DNA of 15,560 nt, taken from contig JAWSUI010000077.1 of the NCBI GenBank assembly GCA_033551855.1, forward strand, positions 1 through 15,560, read 5' to 3'. Each line of letters opens with the position of its first letter. Within the stretch, counting starts at the first letter, position 1. This DNA comes from Deferrisomatales bacterium. Lineage in GTDB: Bacteria > Desulfobacterota > Deferrisomatia > Deferrisomatales > JACRMM01. Below the pieces are notes generated by a model that was given only the letters and a program-made list of their open reading frames with translations, did not search any database and had not been told where the DNA came from. Of this stretch, positions 14,687 through 15,560 are shown piece by piece. The translations under genes and the position numbers were made by a program.

Positions 14687-15091
14687 TCAGCCCCTCCGGG
14701 GCCAGAAGCCCAGGTCGGCCAGGCGCTCCAGGAGCTGGCGGGCGTCCAGGAGACCCTGGTGACGCGAGACCTCGACCCCCCCGGCGTCCAGGAAGACGAG
14801 GGTCGGGCTCAGGACCACCCGGTACGCCCGGACCTCCGCCGTGTCGCGGTCGACCCGGATGTCGCGGAAGATTACGGCGTCCCCGGTCTGCTCGGTCACC
14901 CGGCCGATCTCCTCCTTGAGCTCGACGCAGTACCGGCACCGGGGCCCGAGGCCGAACACCAGGACGGTGGGCCGGCCGATCTCGGGGGCGGTCGATGGGC
15001 CGGCCTGGGGGCCGCCCTCGGTCCGGCACCCCGCGGCGGCCGCCAGGGCCAGGAGCAGCGCGGCGGCGGCCGCAAGCTTCGTCGGTCTCAC
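14687..15091 (-). CDS. Thioredoxin-family lipoprotein
   Basis: 134 aa from GTG 15091 (GGGAGG RBS). Lipobox-like AAAGC, CRYC active site, 'SPTLVFLD' cis-Pro loop. Confidence 0.88.
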   Translation of the reverse strand: MRPTKLAAAAALLLALAAAAGCRTEGGPQAGPSTAPEIGRPTVLVFGLGPRCRYCVELKEEIGRVTEQTGDAVIFRDIRVDRDTAEVRAYRVVLSPTLVFLDAGGVEVSRHQGLLDARQLLERLADLGFWPRRG

Positions 15092-15179
15092 GTGGTTCCT
15101 CCCGGGGCTTCCTCTTCCTCGGTGCGGCCGCGTCTGCGGCGGTTGTCGACGGGACCTTACCACAGGGAGCTGGGAGGGT

Positions 15180-15199
15180 CCCTTGACATGGGTCAAGGG
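15180..15199. promoter_or_regulatory. Palindromic candidate operator between divergent genes
   Basis: CCCTTGAC-ATGG-GTCAAGGG perfect 8-bp inverted repeat. Confidence 0.5.
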
Positions 15200-15324
15200 G
15201 GGGCGTCGCGGCCGGGAGGCGGCTCCCACACAGGAACCCGCACGGCTTGCCCTGGGGGCGCGTCGTGGCACACTGGGTTCCTCGGAACGACCGTGCCCCT
15301 CCCCTTCCGCCGCCGAGGTGCCCC

Positions 15325-15560
15325 ATGACGCGCGCTCTTCGACTCACCGCCCTTCTCCTCCTCGCCTTGCTGCCCGCCTGCGCCGGCACCGGGAAGTCCG
15401 GGGAGACGGCGTACCCGGCCTCCCAGGAGCTGGTGGACCGGGCGACGGTGACGGCAAACCGGATGCGCGCCGACCCGCAGCTCTCGGCGCTGAACCACCT
15501 GCTGGCCCAGGCCCGGGGGGTGATGGTCTTCCCCGGGGTCCTCAAAGGGGGGCTGATCTG
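15325..15560 (+). CDS. SYLF/Ysc84-domain lipoprotein (partial, runs off the window)
   Basis: GAGGTG RBS. MTRALRLTALLLLALLPAC lipoprotein signal; 'LLAQARGVMVFPGVLKGGLI' matches the SYLF N-terminal pattern. Confidence 0.8.
   Translation, partial: MTRALRLTALLLLALLPACAGTGKSGETAYPASQELVDRATVTANRMRADPQLSALNHLLAQARGVMVFPGVLKGGLI

Noticed and set aside
15267..15282. sigma54 promoter at TGGCAC upstream of the SYLF gene
   Set aside because: The -12 GC is missing at the required spacing.

Overview
High-GC bacterial window (the sigma54/PhnD-type signalling style suggests a deltaproteobacterium-like organism; inference) with two parts. (1) Bases 1-6860 hold a dense toxin-antitoxin (TA) array of nine modules. 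Six are intact pairs: MNT-HEPN, RHH-VapC, AbrB-VapC, HicB-HicA, a small antitoxin-VapC and Phd-RelE. Three are damaged or orphan: an antitoxin-like gene with a 3-codon partner, DUF433 with a truncated DUF5615-like PIN, and an unannotated doubly truncated RelBE remnant. Cassettes lie in both orientations and several carry their own sigma70 promoter/operator. They are separated by spacers built from a shared kit of repeat modules: a 117-bp structured repeat, GGTGAAATGACCAAGG, NGAGGAC heptamers, CGCCAAG(G/A) units and ATTGGNTYN nonamers. These modules are all on the + strand regardless of cassette orientation, and no integrase, transposase or attC site is visible. (2) Bases 7121-15560 hold a sigma54-promoted single-domain response regulator and an operon of a PhnD-like binding protein, a CxxCH-bearing histidine kinase and an NtrC-family regulator. 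They also hold a DUF5658-like membrane protein, an amidohydrolase, a thioredoxin/CcdA/MTH895-type redox operon and the start of a SYLF lipoprotein. All family calls come from motif recognition by eye; no searches were run.
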